Of a DNA stretch of 64,000 nt, positions 44,910 through 57,000 are shown piece by piece. Numbering within the stretch: the first letter of the stretch is position 1; each line of letters starts with the position of its first letter. The notes beneath the pieces were generated by a model. That model was not told where the DNA came from. It ran no database searches and saw only the letters and a program-made list of their open reading frames with translations. Made by a program: the position numbers and the translations under genes. Source of the DNA: Lingula anatina (Eukaryota; Animalia; Brachiopoda); NCBI GenBank assembly GCA_051362555.1, contig CM120640.1:21018001-21082000 (forward strand). The letters are read 5' to 3'.

Positions 44910-47900
44910 ATGAAGGAATTTAGGATTGTTTCTCTGGTGGTATTGTTTTGTTGCTTGGTGAGACTTGCAAGTGGATTAAATCTGTGTTTCAGACTGTGTA
45001 GCTGGGCTGAATGGGGGAATTGGAGTCAATGCAGCAGGTATGAATATAGCACATTGAAACTTTCTTTTTGACACACGTAGAAACAAGTTTTGTTTCAAAA
45101 GTTTACATGGGAAGGTGGACTTGTTTTGCACACCACTCCAACACCCCAAGAAACAAATAGAGAAAGGGCTGACGGTCACGTTGAACTTGGTTACCAGGTA
45201 TTGCAATTTCCTGGAATGCACATTGTATCAGTTTTATCTGTTTGGTGAGAACGAAAATTGCAAAGAGAAGATTGCATTTGGACCGTGAGCGTGTGGTATT
45301 TGACAAATATCAAATACTTCCTATTTTCTTTGAAAGGAACATTCGACCTCATAAAGTTTTGACTTACTTTAAAAGTAATTTGGGCCAATTAAACAGATAT
45401 TACATGTATGTAAGCCAATAAAGATACTAATCTGTGACGGGCATAAAACATAAACGAGATCAAATCCCGCATTTTACCAAAAATTTGCCCATGTTGCCTT
45501 TTAAGTAAAACAATAAAGGTCATTCTGGGTTACCCTGAGAGTGAATTCTTAGTGGGGGAACAAAACCTCTTTCGCGCTTTATGGTTATTTAATCTTTTTT
45601 ATTCTACTCTTAAAATTTTTCTTAGACCATCTACAGTGCATGTAGGCCAATCATCAAAAGAGCACAGTTAATTTTAAAGTTTCTCTTTCAAAAGGAATTA
45701 TGTTAGCTAAAATCTTGGAGAGGTTTGGCAATGGTTTTGTCATATCAAACAGTCTACTAACCACATATGTGGTACTGATTTATATACTCATAACAATTGA
45801 AGTATGTAAGCACATGTTCAGATATTCAATAGTATGTTTAAAAAAAGCTTTTCAGTAACTACGGATGACATCTGCTTAGTAATTCGAAAAAAATACTTCG
45901 TTATTTACCGAGTGCTGTAAATATTTAAAAAAAACATGTAAGGATTCGAATCAATGTAACGTCTGTTTTACATTACATTGTTTTGGATATGCTGGCTTCA
46001 CTGTATCTGTCGATTTTCTTTTTGAGCACGTGCGGAGGAGGCTCCAGAACTCGTTCCAGAGGGCTGTGTGCTTGGTTGTGGTTGGATTTTCACCAGAAAG
46101 TAAAGCACTGCAAAAAGTCAGCGTCAGATGCCTACGACAGCCAGCCATGCGGCCAGCTTTGCTACAGAGGCTCATGGTCGGACTGGCACAAGAGGTGCGA
46201 GTGCGACCAGGGTTTCAAAGGGCGATGCTGCAATGAAAGTAAGTAATCGCTTGCCTGGGGTAAGTATTCCGCATGAAACTGCTCGAAACTGCTTTGCATA
46301 TAAACAATACGGTATTAAGGATAGAGATCTGAAAAAAATACAGGATAACTCGTCGCTGATTTGTAGCTGAAGCTGACTGATCTGTAACATTCTTTTTTTT
46401 TTTTTTTCAAATTTTAGAGACCTCTGTGTGGTCAGGTTGGACTCCTTGGAGTCAATGTTCCCGGTCCTGCGGGGGTCGTGGTATGCGGAGGCAAACAAGA
46501 GTATGCCTTAACAGTGGACCAGAGGGTTCGGAAAATGTCTGCGAAGGAGAGTCGTACAGAGCTAGAGCTTGTGATGTTCCGCCTTGTCCAAGTATGTAAC
46601 TTAGGAAACAGGCTTCGTCAATACGGATTTAATATTGATATTGATTATATTTTAAAATAGAGATATGTAAGTTGATGGTCAGAAACTGTGCATAAAATAC
46701 ACGCCCTCTCTGCATCAATTCATTTTCAGCCCTCCAAATTCAGATTCAGAAATAGCATTGTTTTTAATTTTTTAAAATCTGTTATGATTACTTTCTTTTC
46801 TCACCAGCCACTACGACATCGTCAACCTCGATTCCGCCCACCTCGCCTCCAACCGCACTGGATTCAGCGTTTCGGTTTTTGAAGAGCATTCCAGGGAACA
46901 AGTCCGTCGCATTAAATGAACTGGCCGTGTTGGAATGTGACACTGAACCAGCCACGGGAATATCGTGGTACGTACACGTTAATTTCTAAATATCAACGTG
47001 GTAAAAAATAAACTGCGATATGAAAAAGAGAAAAGCGTATGTGAAAATTAGGTTAACAGCGATAAACACCATCTCTTTTCTAAAATTTCAGGTTCTTCGG
47101 AAAGGTTCCAATCATTCAGACTTCCAGAAAACACATTCTTCTACCGCATGGGGTGCTCCTTATTCCTGCCGTTGACGCGACCACAGTAGGGGAGTACACA
47201 TGTGTGGCGGAGTTAGACGGGGAGCGCCTGGAATCTACGGGCTGGATCACGTCTCCTGATATCAAACTGTGTAACCTAGGTCTGTGAGTTGGTAATCGTT
47301 TTTATTTGTGAAATGATGTTTTATTTGATGTGAAGCTATCGTGTCTTTTTCGTTCTTATTCATGTGTTTATAAATTTTTGTCTCTAAGAGCAATTTTAGT
47401 TGACAAAATTACAAGCTCTGGGTTACGAATTTCTGCAAAAATTTGATTCTTGCAATTTCAGTATTTTTACAGGTACAGATAAAATTGTGCCCAGCGACAT
47501 AATTGCAGATATATATATATACTTTAAGTAGCAAAAAGGGCAGTTAAAAAGTACAGACTTTTTTGAAATTATACTCGCTGGAGGAATTTTTTGTGAAAGA
47601 AGCGGACTTATCAGTACTTAAAAAATTCGAAAGTAAGCCTTTTTTTACCTTAGAACTATTTTTAACAATCTGATGCAGAAATAACTGAGGGGCCAACGAA
47701 CGTCACAGTGGCCGTAGGAGATCTTCATACATTTCCTTGTCTGGCATCACCAGCGGGACAAGTCACGTGGTTCAAGAACAACCAATCACTGCCAGCGGAC
47801 GGCCGAATCCAAGTTCTGGTGAATGGATACCTGTTGATTCGAGGGATAACCCACGAGGATGCCGGAGAGTACAAATGTGTTGCAACAGATAGATATGAGT

Positions 47901-49057
47901 GCAGGGTGGAGGCAAAAGCCGTTCTTACAGTTTTTGCAAATATCAACGAAAGTAGGTATTATTTCTACACGTATGATTTATCATCGTCATCACAAATACT
48001 GACGGATGCTTTAATTAGTGTTTGCAAATAAGGGTCACGATAAGGGTCAGTTGGCGCAGATGAAGAGACATGGTCAATGATGTAATTATATTAGTGGAAT
48101 AAAAATTATCTGTAACTGTTTTAGATTGTCAAAGTTTAGTGCTAGTTCCATATTTTTTTACATAAATGAATGCCTTTGTAGCACCGGAAAATATTTCAAG
48201 AATTACCTACCCTTGTATGCCAACATGTTTGATCGTTGATTGTTTCAGTTTGCGGGAGTCCAGTAATAGCCCAGCCCTGGTCAGCTACACCGGTGCAAAG
48301 GGGGTACATCGTTGGAGGGAGAGATGCTCGGATAGGCAGCGCCCCCTGGCAAGTTATGCTCTGGGAGGCGACTGCTCTAAATTTCTGCGGTGGAGTCCTA
48401 CTCAACGAGTTATGGGTGGCAACAGCAGCTCACTGCTTTTACGAATTCCAAACAAGGCACAGAAAAAGTTTGACGCCGAGTAATTTGGTTTTGAAGTTAG
48501 GCAAACATAGCCGTACCGGTAGAGATCCTCACGAGAAGTCTTACTCCATGCAGACGTATTTTGTGCACGAACAATTCGAGCGAATTACTTTCGATTTCGA
48601 CATAGCTTTGATAAAGCTTTCGTCTCGAGTGGAGTTTACGGACTACATCCGCCCAATATGCTTGTCCACTATTGACATGATCCAGCCCATGTTGGACGGA
48701 GAGGCACAGGGTTTTGGGACAATCACGGGGTGGGGGCAACTGTCACAAGGCGGCAGGTATCCCCTTTATCTCAACGAAGTGCGCCTGCCGTTAGTTTCCC
48801 ATTCAGTCTGTGAAAGCACGATGTCATATATCATTACGGATAATATGTTTTGTGCGGGTTACGCCAGGGAAGTAGTGGGGGACGCCTGCGTCGGGGACAG
48901 TGGGGGACCACTGGTCTTTCGAAATGGGACTCGCTGGTACCTAATCGGGCTGGTCAGTTGGGGCGAAGGATGCGCCGCTGATGGAAAATACGGCGTATAT
49001 AGCAAAGTGGCCAATTATCGAGACTGGATTGGTTTAAAAATGCGGTCGATACCATAA
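44910..49057 (+). CDS. Secreted modular serine protease: signal peptide, TSP1, EGF-like, TSP1, Thr/Pro linker, 2x Ig, trypsin-family (thrombin/coagulation-factor-like) domain; 7 exons, ~647 aa
   Basis: Exons 44910-45037, 46027-46238, 46418-46591, 46808-46967, 47092-47279, 47679-47951, 48249-49057 are phase-consistent (1944 nt). Hydrophobic leader MKEFRIVSLVVLFCCLVRLASG; WAEWGNWSQCSSTCGGGSRTRSR and WSGWTPWSQCSRSCGG (TSP1); CECDQGFKGRCC (EGF-like); GEYTC and DAGEYKC (Ig); IVGG, TAAHC, DFDIAL, DACVGDSGGP (intact triad, S1 Asp). Confidence 0.9.
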
Positions 49058-49497
49058 AATATGACGGACATGTTTTACATTATTTTTCATCTCATTTTTG
49101 TCGGAAAGATACCATGCATGTTGCTCTTATTACAAATGAAAATTTAGATGAAGATTTCATAACTTCTTGGCATCCATTAATGCAAATCCAGGGTAACACA
49201 GCGGGCAAAGTGCCTCCCCATCCGTCCGGAGGTACGTGCTTCCTTCTCCTAATTTCCTTTTAGAAAACGAACAATTTTTTTGTCCCTGTGCCTTACAGTT
49301 GGCACACACATCTACTGTTTTATAACCCCCACTCCAGGTCGGCCAAAGTCTTTTGAGGTTTTATTATCAAATTCCCTTTTTTTTAGAAGTTAATCAAAGA
49401 CGAAATTATAAGATGATGCCTTTTGAAACTGCGCGATCATGTTTTCTTTCGCATGATGCGAACACGGAGATCCGGTTGATACTACTGAATAAGTTTT

Positions 49498-49503
49498 AAT
49501 AAA
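49498..49503 (+). terminator. Candidate polyadenylation signal of the protease gene
   Basis: AATAAA ~440 bp after the stop, followed by a T-rich stretch. Confidence 0.4.
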
Positions 49504-50179
49504 TATCTATCGTCATTTCTTTTGACTGCTGTTATCACCCAAATCCAATATAGAGGTGCAATTGAGGTCACAGGTACCGTATGCACTTAAAATATAAAAT
49601 GCACAGATTAGAAACTATGTTTGGTAATTTTAGGGTCCCACATAAAGAGAGTTCATATCAGAGTTTCACTGCTGTAGAACCATAAACAAAAAATGCCAAT
49701 AATCTAACCCAAAAAGAAACATACGTTACTGTCACAAATGGAATACTTTAGCTACAGAAGTGTTTTACTCCCTTTGAAAATTCCATCAGCACTGGTTCCG
49801 TTCTTTAATTTATACCCTACAAGCATAACGTTGTAAAAATGAAAATCATCTGTATATATAGAGGGATTAATTTTTTTGCACGATTTTAGTATGTCGAACA
49901 CTGAATATCATAAAAAATGCAGTATACCGACAGTAAAGGAAGCATTAAATGAACTATTTTCTTTTCGTGGTGCAAAAAATTATTTCAAAAATGTCAAACT
50001 TTACAATACAGATGATTCAATTGACAACATAAAACCCCTGTTACTTATTGCACTAAGTGCTGAAAGTTACCTACGTTTAAGCCATAATGCAAAGAACCCT
50101 GAGTTACAGTTTAAATATTTATAAAGACGTCCTTTCGTCAGCTATAATTTACAACGAATGAATCATTACATGATATATT

Positions 50180-50468
50180 CAGTGGCGGTTTTAGAGGGGG
50201 GTCAGGGGGGTCCTGACCCCCCCCCCCCCCCTTTCGGTTTCTGATAAATATATTACACCAATATTCTCCTCTTGAAATTAGAAATCTAACTAGCTAAATT
50301 ATATTTCTAAACCGTACCAAAGGGCACTGTTTGCTCTCCAAAACACCAAATTTCTTTCGGGGCCCCTTGAGCAAGCCCCGAACCCCACACTAAGGGGGCG
50401 ATGGTCGGCTTCGCATCCGAGGCCTGTCGTTCCAGACCCCCTTCAAATAATCCTGGATCCCCCCCTGT
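50180..50468. mobile_element. Short G/C-tract MITE-like repeat; a related copy lies at ~39679-39790
   Basis: The reverse complement of ~50437-50461 (GGATCCAGGATTATTTGAAGGGG) matches ~39687-39709. Starts CAGTGGCGG and ends CCCCCCTG with poly-G/C tracts; no clear TSD. Confidence 0.5.
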
Positions 50469-51006
50469 ATATCGGAACACAATACAAAAAATAAAATGTA
50501 TGTGTCCAGAAACACGTTACCGGAACAACAAGATTCGACTATGCTTCTTACTAGTACATGTACATTATAATGGACCATGATAGAAATTACATGTGGATTT
50601 TTGTTCTATACGCATAAAGTATATTTTTTAAAATATGAATACAACTTCAAATTCTTTTATTTTTATTTTTCTGATAATGTCTTTCATGGAACATAGGAAA
50701 TCCGGCTTTGAAATATGCTATATTTAGGCAATAACTTGAGAACGCCTTTGTCAAATACTCTACCATACCGAGTCTGTTAGTATAACAGAAATAATACTGT
50801 TTTTTTCCTCTGTCAATTTTGGATTATAAACAATAATCGGGTGCTTTTGACGTTTGTGCTTCACATTAAAGTATACAAATACAGTGTAAAGCCTCTAGTA
50901 TTTAACTGTACTATTTGACAAAAGCCTTTGGAATTTTGGACTTCGACGTCAATCACTCTTGATCTCAAACTATCATGTGACACACTATTGAACAACTGGG
51001 CCATCA

Positions 51007-54000
51007 ATGGCTGAATTCAACCTCGTCGGTACAGGTAAGGTAATGTTTTGACGATAATGTGTACTCATATGTGTGTTTTAGATACAATACAAGTTATTGA
51101 GTTGTACATGTACGTGGAATACACGACTTCTTTGCGTGATTTGATTTTCAATAGAGCTAGCTATGTGGCAAGTGTTGTATCTGAGTTATACGTGTAACAC
51201 GGAAACAGGGTGTTGTGTGTGTAACGGGTAGTGAAAACGCTCAGAATACCTTAAGTGTATTAAAGTTTCGACTTTTACATCTGAAAGTGATCCGTGGTAT
51301 CCGGAGACATGGAATATCTGTCTGAACGAAGCCTACTGATGTTCCCTTTTATAAATATTCACACGGCCATTAGTATTTTAATACTTAAAAGCTCATTATA
51401 AGAGGGCTAGGACTATCTCAGATGTTATGTAGGACGTCTGTTTATTACATTTGTCGTATCCGGGTTAATATTACAAGGTACTGGGGAATGTTTAAAGGTG
51501 TACGATGTGGTTTCTTTTCATTTTACTAGAACCACGTACCACGAATACCAAACTCAATACTAAGACAGTAGCTGTTTGTATTGTTAAAAAAGTATACACT
51601 TTCTTTTATTTTCTACTTTTGCCATGTAGTGTGACTTCCTTAGCTATATTAAAATCCTTACTTAATTACGCTCTCCCTATTAAGAGTATTGATAAATGTT
51701 ACCTGTTGTTTGCAAAATGGAGATAACCTACATTGAGGTACATTCTACTATTTCTAGGCCTATGCCTGTTGTTATTGACTAACTCGAAATACCTAAAACT
51801 AGTTTAAAGGCATAGTGGCACCCCGGTCGAAATTTTTGCATAAGCCTACTTTACATGTATAAAAATAAAATATTTATGTATTTTATTTTTAGATCTTAGC
51901 CACTATATTAAGTTGTGCTGGTACAAAAGATAATAATTTAATTTACTAGTATAATAATAGATTTCTACAAATACTGCATCCGTAAGAACTTTCCTTTGCT
52001 TTATATAATAGTAGTTTAACTAACCCTTATAACAGGAAACATTTTTGGCATGTTTAAATATTAACGCAATCTAATCTTCAGCAGACCTTAATTTAAGTTA
52101 AGTAGTATGCGTGAAAACAAACTTAATGTTGGTACATGTATAACTGATAAATAGGCCTAAGTTGTCTATAGTTTCCAATGCAATTGATACTGCCGAATTA
52201 ACTTAAAAATTGCATGCTTTATATCTACAGGGTCTCAAAAGGAGACATTCGATGTTTACATCCCCGAAGCTACAGATACCGCGCACAAGAATAGTATCAA
52301 ATTTTACGAAACTTACATAGAAAAATATCTCCTTAAGTTTTTACGTGAAAACGGCATTTCGTACACGTATCCCCCTGAAAACTTCCCAGTTGGAGGAATC
52401 ACTCTAAGACACATAGAGAATGCGATCCAAAACAGCAAATTTGTCCTAGTTCCAATTTGCAACGCCATATGCACTGATTATTATGATACAATATTTCAAC
52501 CTGATTTGTGCCCCGAAAAATACATCTGCATTGCAATCGAAGAAGGGTCTTCTGCAATTCTTGTCGCATTTCGTAAGTTTCAAATATTGGATTTAAAAAA
52601 GACATCCGGAAAACGAATCAAGGAAAACGAACAACGATTATTGCGGACTCTTAGGGGACCAGCTCCACCGACACTAGCTGTTTCAGAGACATGGCAGACA
52701 GTGGAAAGAAGATGCGAAGCGGAAGGGAGCATTTCAAGTAATCTATTTTATTTATCTGTAATTTGCTTTTTAATGATTACACGGTGAAACATTTTCAGTA
52801 TCGTAAAGATATGAATTTTTATTTTAAAAAATGTGAAAAAACCGACATCATAGTTGGCGAGAAATGTAATATTCATCTATGTGTAGGCCTATGTCTGTCG
52901 TTCAATGATTCTTGTAACAATGATTCATGTAACATAATTATACATGCTATTTTTGACCAATTATATATTTAAGCACTTTCTACTGCCCGTATGGATGTCC
53001 CAAGCGTCGTACACTGTGCCAGTGAATCCGAATGTGTTTCAAATTATGCTGATGACGTTACAACGGGACATGTGTCAGAGAAAAAACAAGGTAAATTTTA
53101 TTTTTTTCAAGCCAACACGAAAAGCTTAATAATACTGCATTTTGCATTGTTTTAAATCACACACACACAAGCAAGTACATAAATATATACAGTCGAAACT
53201 AGACTGCAAAAATCGATTTACGGTTACGTTAATATAGCCACTGTATTTTCAATATTATATTTACATGGTTCAATTTCTAGAAGGATCGATTTTATACTAA
53301 TATTCCAAGAATTCCAAAAACAAAAATAGTCTTCGTGACACAGCATAATAACTACATATAGTAAAATAAAGCTGTTGTTTGGATTTTGCTTGTATATGTA
53401 CCCATTTTAAAAAATTGTTGCAGCCAAATGGACGGCACCTATTTTTTCTGAAACGACCAGCACTGTAGACACGTTCGATTCCTTTCGATTGGAAAACAGT
53501 ATTCAGGTAATTTCTACCCTTTTGCTAATTTTCGAATACGAAGAACTATAAAATACTTTTTTTTCAGAAAAAACATTTTTTCTAAGATAATTTTTCGATG
53601 TAGATGTTACAAGAGCCTTCCTGTTCATTTAGGTTTTCAGCAACTGGTACTCATCGATATCTTTCCTTAAATGTCTTTTCAAAAGCTTTCTCAAGCAAAT
53701 TGGAGCACTGAGATTGTCTTAGAAGAAGAAACGCCCTTTAAAGATTTTTTGATGCCAACGCAGTCGAATTCATTCAGCACTGACAGATACTGGATCAAAA
53801 ACGAAGTAATGTGCCTTACCGGTAAGAAATTGACAGAGCGAGAGAGAGAGTGGGGGGGAAGCGGAGGGGTTATACGTCACATTTTTATCCAAGTCCACGT
53901 TGCATTAAGTATCCTGTTAAAACATTTCATTACCTGAAATATGCATTTATCTACAGGTTTTCACAAGATGTATGTACCTGTTTAAAACGTGATATTGAAG

Positions 54001-57000
54001 GTGAGAGAGGCAGTCGGGGAATGAAAAGCATTGAGAGTGGGAATGATTATACTGCAAATGGTCATTTCAGAACCTTCTTGTATGGGTATGGCGCCAAGTG
54101 AGTATCTAAAACATTTAAAAAAAGGCCAAGTTGGAAATCCAGACGCTCGTTTTCTCCTGCAATATGTCATACCTAAGGCAACAGAAAGCAGAGGTTTTTT
54201 GAGTCTAACATACCTATTCGCCTACATTAAGGACGAGCAGATACAACTGTTTGCACTGGAATCGCTTAATTCTTTACTGAAAACATACAACAAGATCACC
54301 TCTGAAAAATTTTCAAAAACTTTGCTGGAAATAGAAAAAATTATGCGACAACCCATTCAAGAGTGCAAAATGTTCAGCAGCATCCCTTTGACAGAGAAAC
54401 TGCTTTTAACATACACGCGGATTATCACCATGATGTATTTTTTGTATTTGGGTGATTTTGTTAATTTGAAAAGTCATGAGGTGATGCCAGTGGAAAATGT
54501 GAATTACTTTGTAAACAACAATAGTTCAAAGTTCCCTACCTCGGCACAATACAAACTTGCCAACTTGCAAAAGTTGTCTTGTAAGTGCCTTCAAAGACTG
54601 CTCCAAACCACCAAGTTAAGAAGACGCTGGAAGCGACAACGAACGGACGAGTACCGCCAGACACTACGCAGAGTTGTAACACTATGCAGCGGAGATGCCA
54701 AAGACCACAAGGAGCTTCAAAGAGTGATTGGGGGCACCAGTTGGATAAATGGGACTGCCAGACACGGCTGGCTTGAAAAGCACACAATATTGCATTACAT
54801 TGCTCTCAAGGTATTGTTTTATTTGTCACTTCCCCTATTAGTTACGTATAATCTCTAATTGTACTATCGCACTTTCAATAGTGTATTCAAATGGAAAAGA
54901 GCGCCATAATGCATTTTTGCCTTCTTTAAGCGTTGTTGCAGTGTCTAAAAACTGCAAGCAATTTTCTAGGTGTCGGAAAACCCAGACCTGTACTCTGTCG
55001 TGGAAAGCATCGTGAAAAACCACATGTCTAATGCCAATATGTCCGATCGTGATGCTGCCTCTTGGATCATGCTTTATGAGCGCATGCTGACAAACTCCAC
55101 GTCAAGTGAGTTATGGCGGAATCTTCAAACCAAAATTGAATATTTAAACTTAAAATGTTAGTTTGTTGAAAATTGCTATAGAATTGTACATTTCATTACA
55201 TTTTGAATGCATTGACATGCTGTGTTACACTTGACTCATTTTTTCAGCTGTGTTACATCCAGTTACAGACGGTCTCGTCAATTTGCTGCGATATCTTAAC
55301 AAACAGGCCGGCGTTCGATCAAATCTTCGACAAGTGTTGTTAGACAACGCAGCTAAATTGCTATTTCATGAAGATTCGTCTCTCAGAGAAAGTGCTATGA
55401 AGCACGTATTTGGGTTGGACATCAGAGGGCACGTGAGACCTGATGTCATGCCCGACATGCAAGCTCAGGTGAGGGAATATATCATGTCACTACACCAGCA
55501 CCTTGGGTTGGAGGTAGATAGATATCAAACTCAACTCAGCAGGCACACGGGAGAGAGCTGTAGCACCAGATGGAAAGGAAAGTTTGCCAAAACTGCTGTT
55601 TTTGTATCCCTGAAAGCATGGCTGCCACAGGATTTGGATTCACTAGGCACCAGGCTTGACGTCGCTAAAGAACAGCTCTCCAAAGAAATCGAAGTTCTTA
55701 AAACTTTATCTTGTTCACCAGAATGCCGCTCCGTTGCCAGATTGCTAGGGTACCACGATTTGTCGTTCCCACTGTTCTACATTTTAGAGAGTACCAGATC
55801 AGACCAGACCTTGTCTCAATGGCTGCTTTACAGGGACCAAAGAATGAGGGCACCGCTTTCGCTTTTTCAGCTACTCACAGGACCAGTGAAGGATGTACTC
55901 TGTGCGGTTCAGTTCTGCGAAGACCATGCGATCGTACTACGAGATATAACGGCTAGTAACTTCTTACTGGATGAAAGCAGTGCTAGTCACATAAGGTGTA
56001 TTTTGTTTGGTTTTGACTTAGCGAGAGTGATGAAATCAACCACCACAAACAAATCCATGGATAATTTGGACACACTTGCCAGTGACACCAGTGGTCTTGT
56101 CTATTATGGTGAGCAGACTATACATTCGTAAGAGAACTTGGGTAAAATCACTAAAACATTTTTGCCCTTTCACATGTTTGCAATCAAACATGTAAACATC
56201 TCGGTATCATTATGTTAAGAATTCTAATCATTATTGGACTTTGTCAGGTTGTAGGGCTATGCAAATCCTTTAATTAGTACGCTACCAGATTTTTGACCGA
56301 GAGTGATTTAACCGTGTGTACAATTACTCCATACAGGCCAAATTTAAAGGCTTTTGTACTCCTTTTCAGGTTCCAAAGGGACGCAGGTTGCCAAACTTTG
56401 GACAGCGCCAGAATCTTTCCTGCACAATGTGTACACTATGAAATCTGACATGTACATGACAGGGCACACTCTGATTGAGGTTATGACTCATGGCCGGTTT
56501 CCTTACAATGAACTGACCACACTCAAGGCCGACGACAAAATATTCCAGGTGGGTGGCCAGTCAATACAGTTGGTTACCCTAATAGCTGGTGGCGAGATAC
56601 ATCGATAGTCTACTCACAAACTCACAAACCATTGCTTGAACCGTCCCTCCACTAGGATTTGGTTTTTAAGTCGTTTGTAATTCAGTAATAGGCCTATTTT
56701 TAAACGCCTGGCCATTCATTTAGACCGTTCTTTATATTTCAGAAAGAAGCATCGTAATCAGGTGCTCATGTTTGAAGGGGGTTCATTGTTTTTAAGGTCT
56801 GAATTAAGGCCTGAATTAGGGAAAAGTAGTAGTATGGAGACAGAAAATAAAATCGATGAAAATGACTTTGCAACGTTTTTAAACGCGGATAGTAGAACTA
56901 TGCCTTTAATTTCGGGTGGAATGGAAGTCCGAGGTCCCATATGATTAGTACAGGTTAGTTGGAGCATGGAAGTCAAAGTGGATTTCCTTCAATGAGCGTA

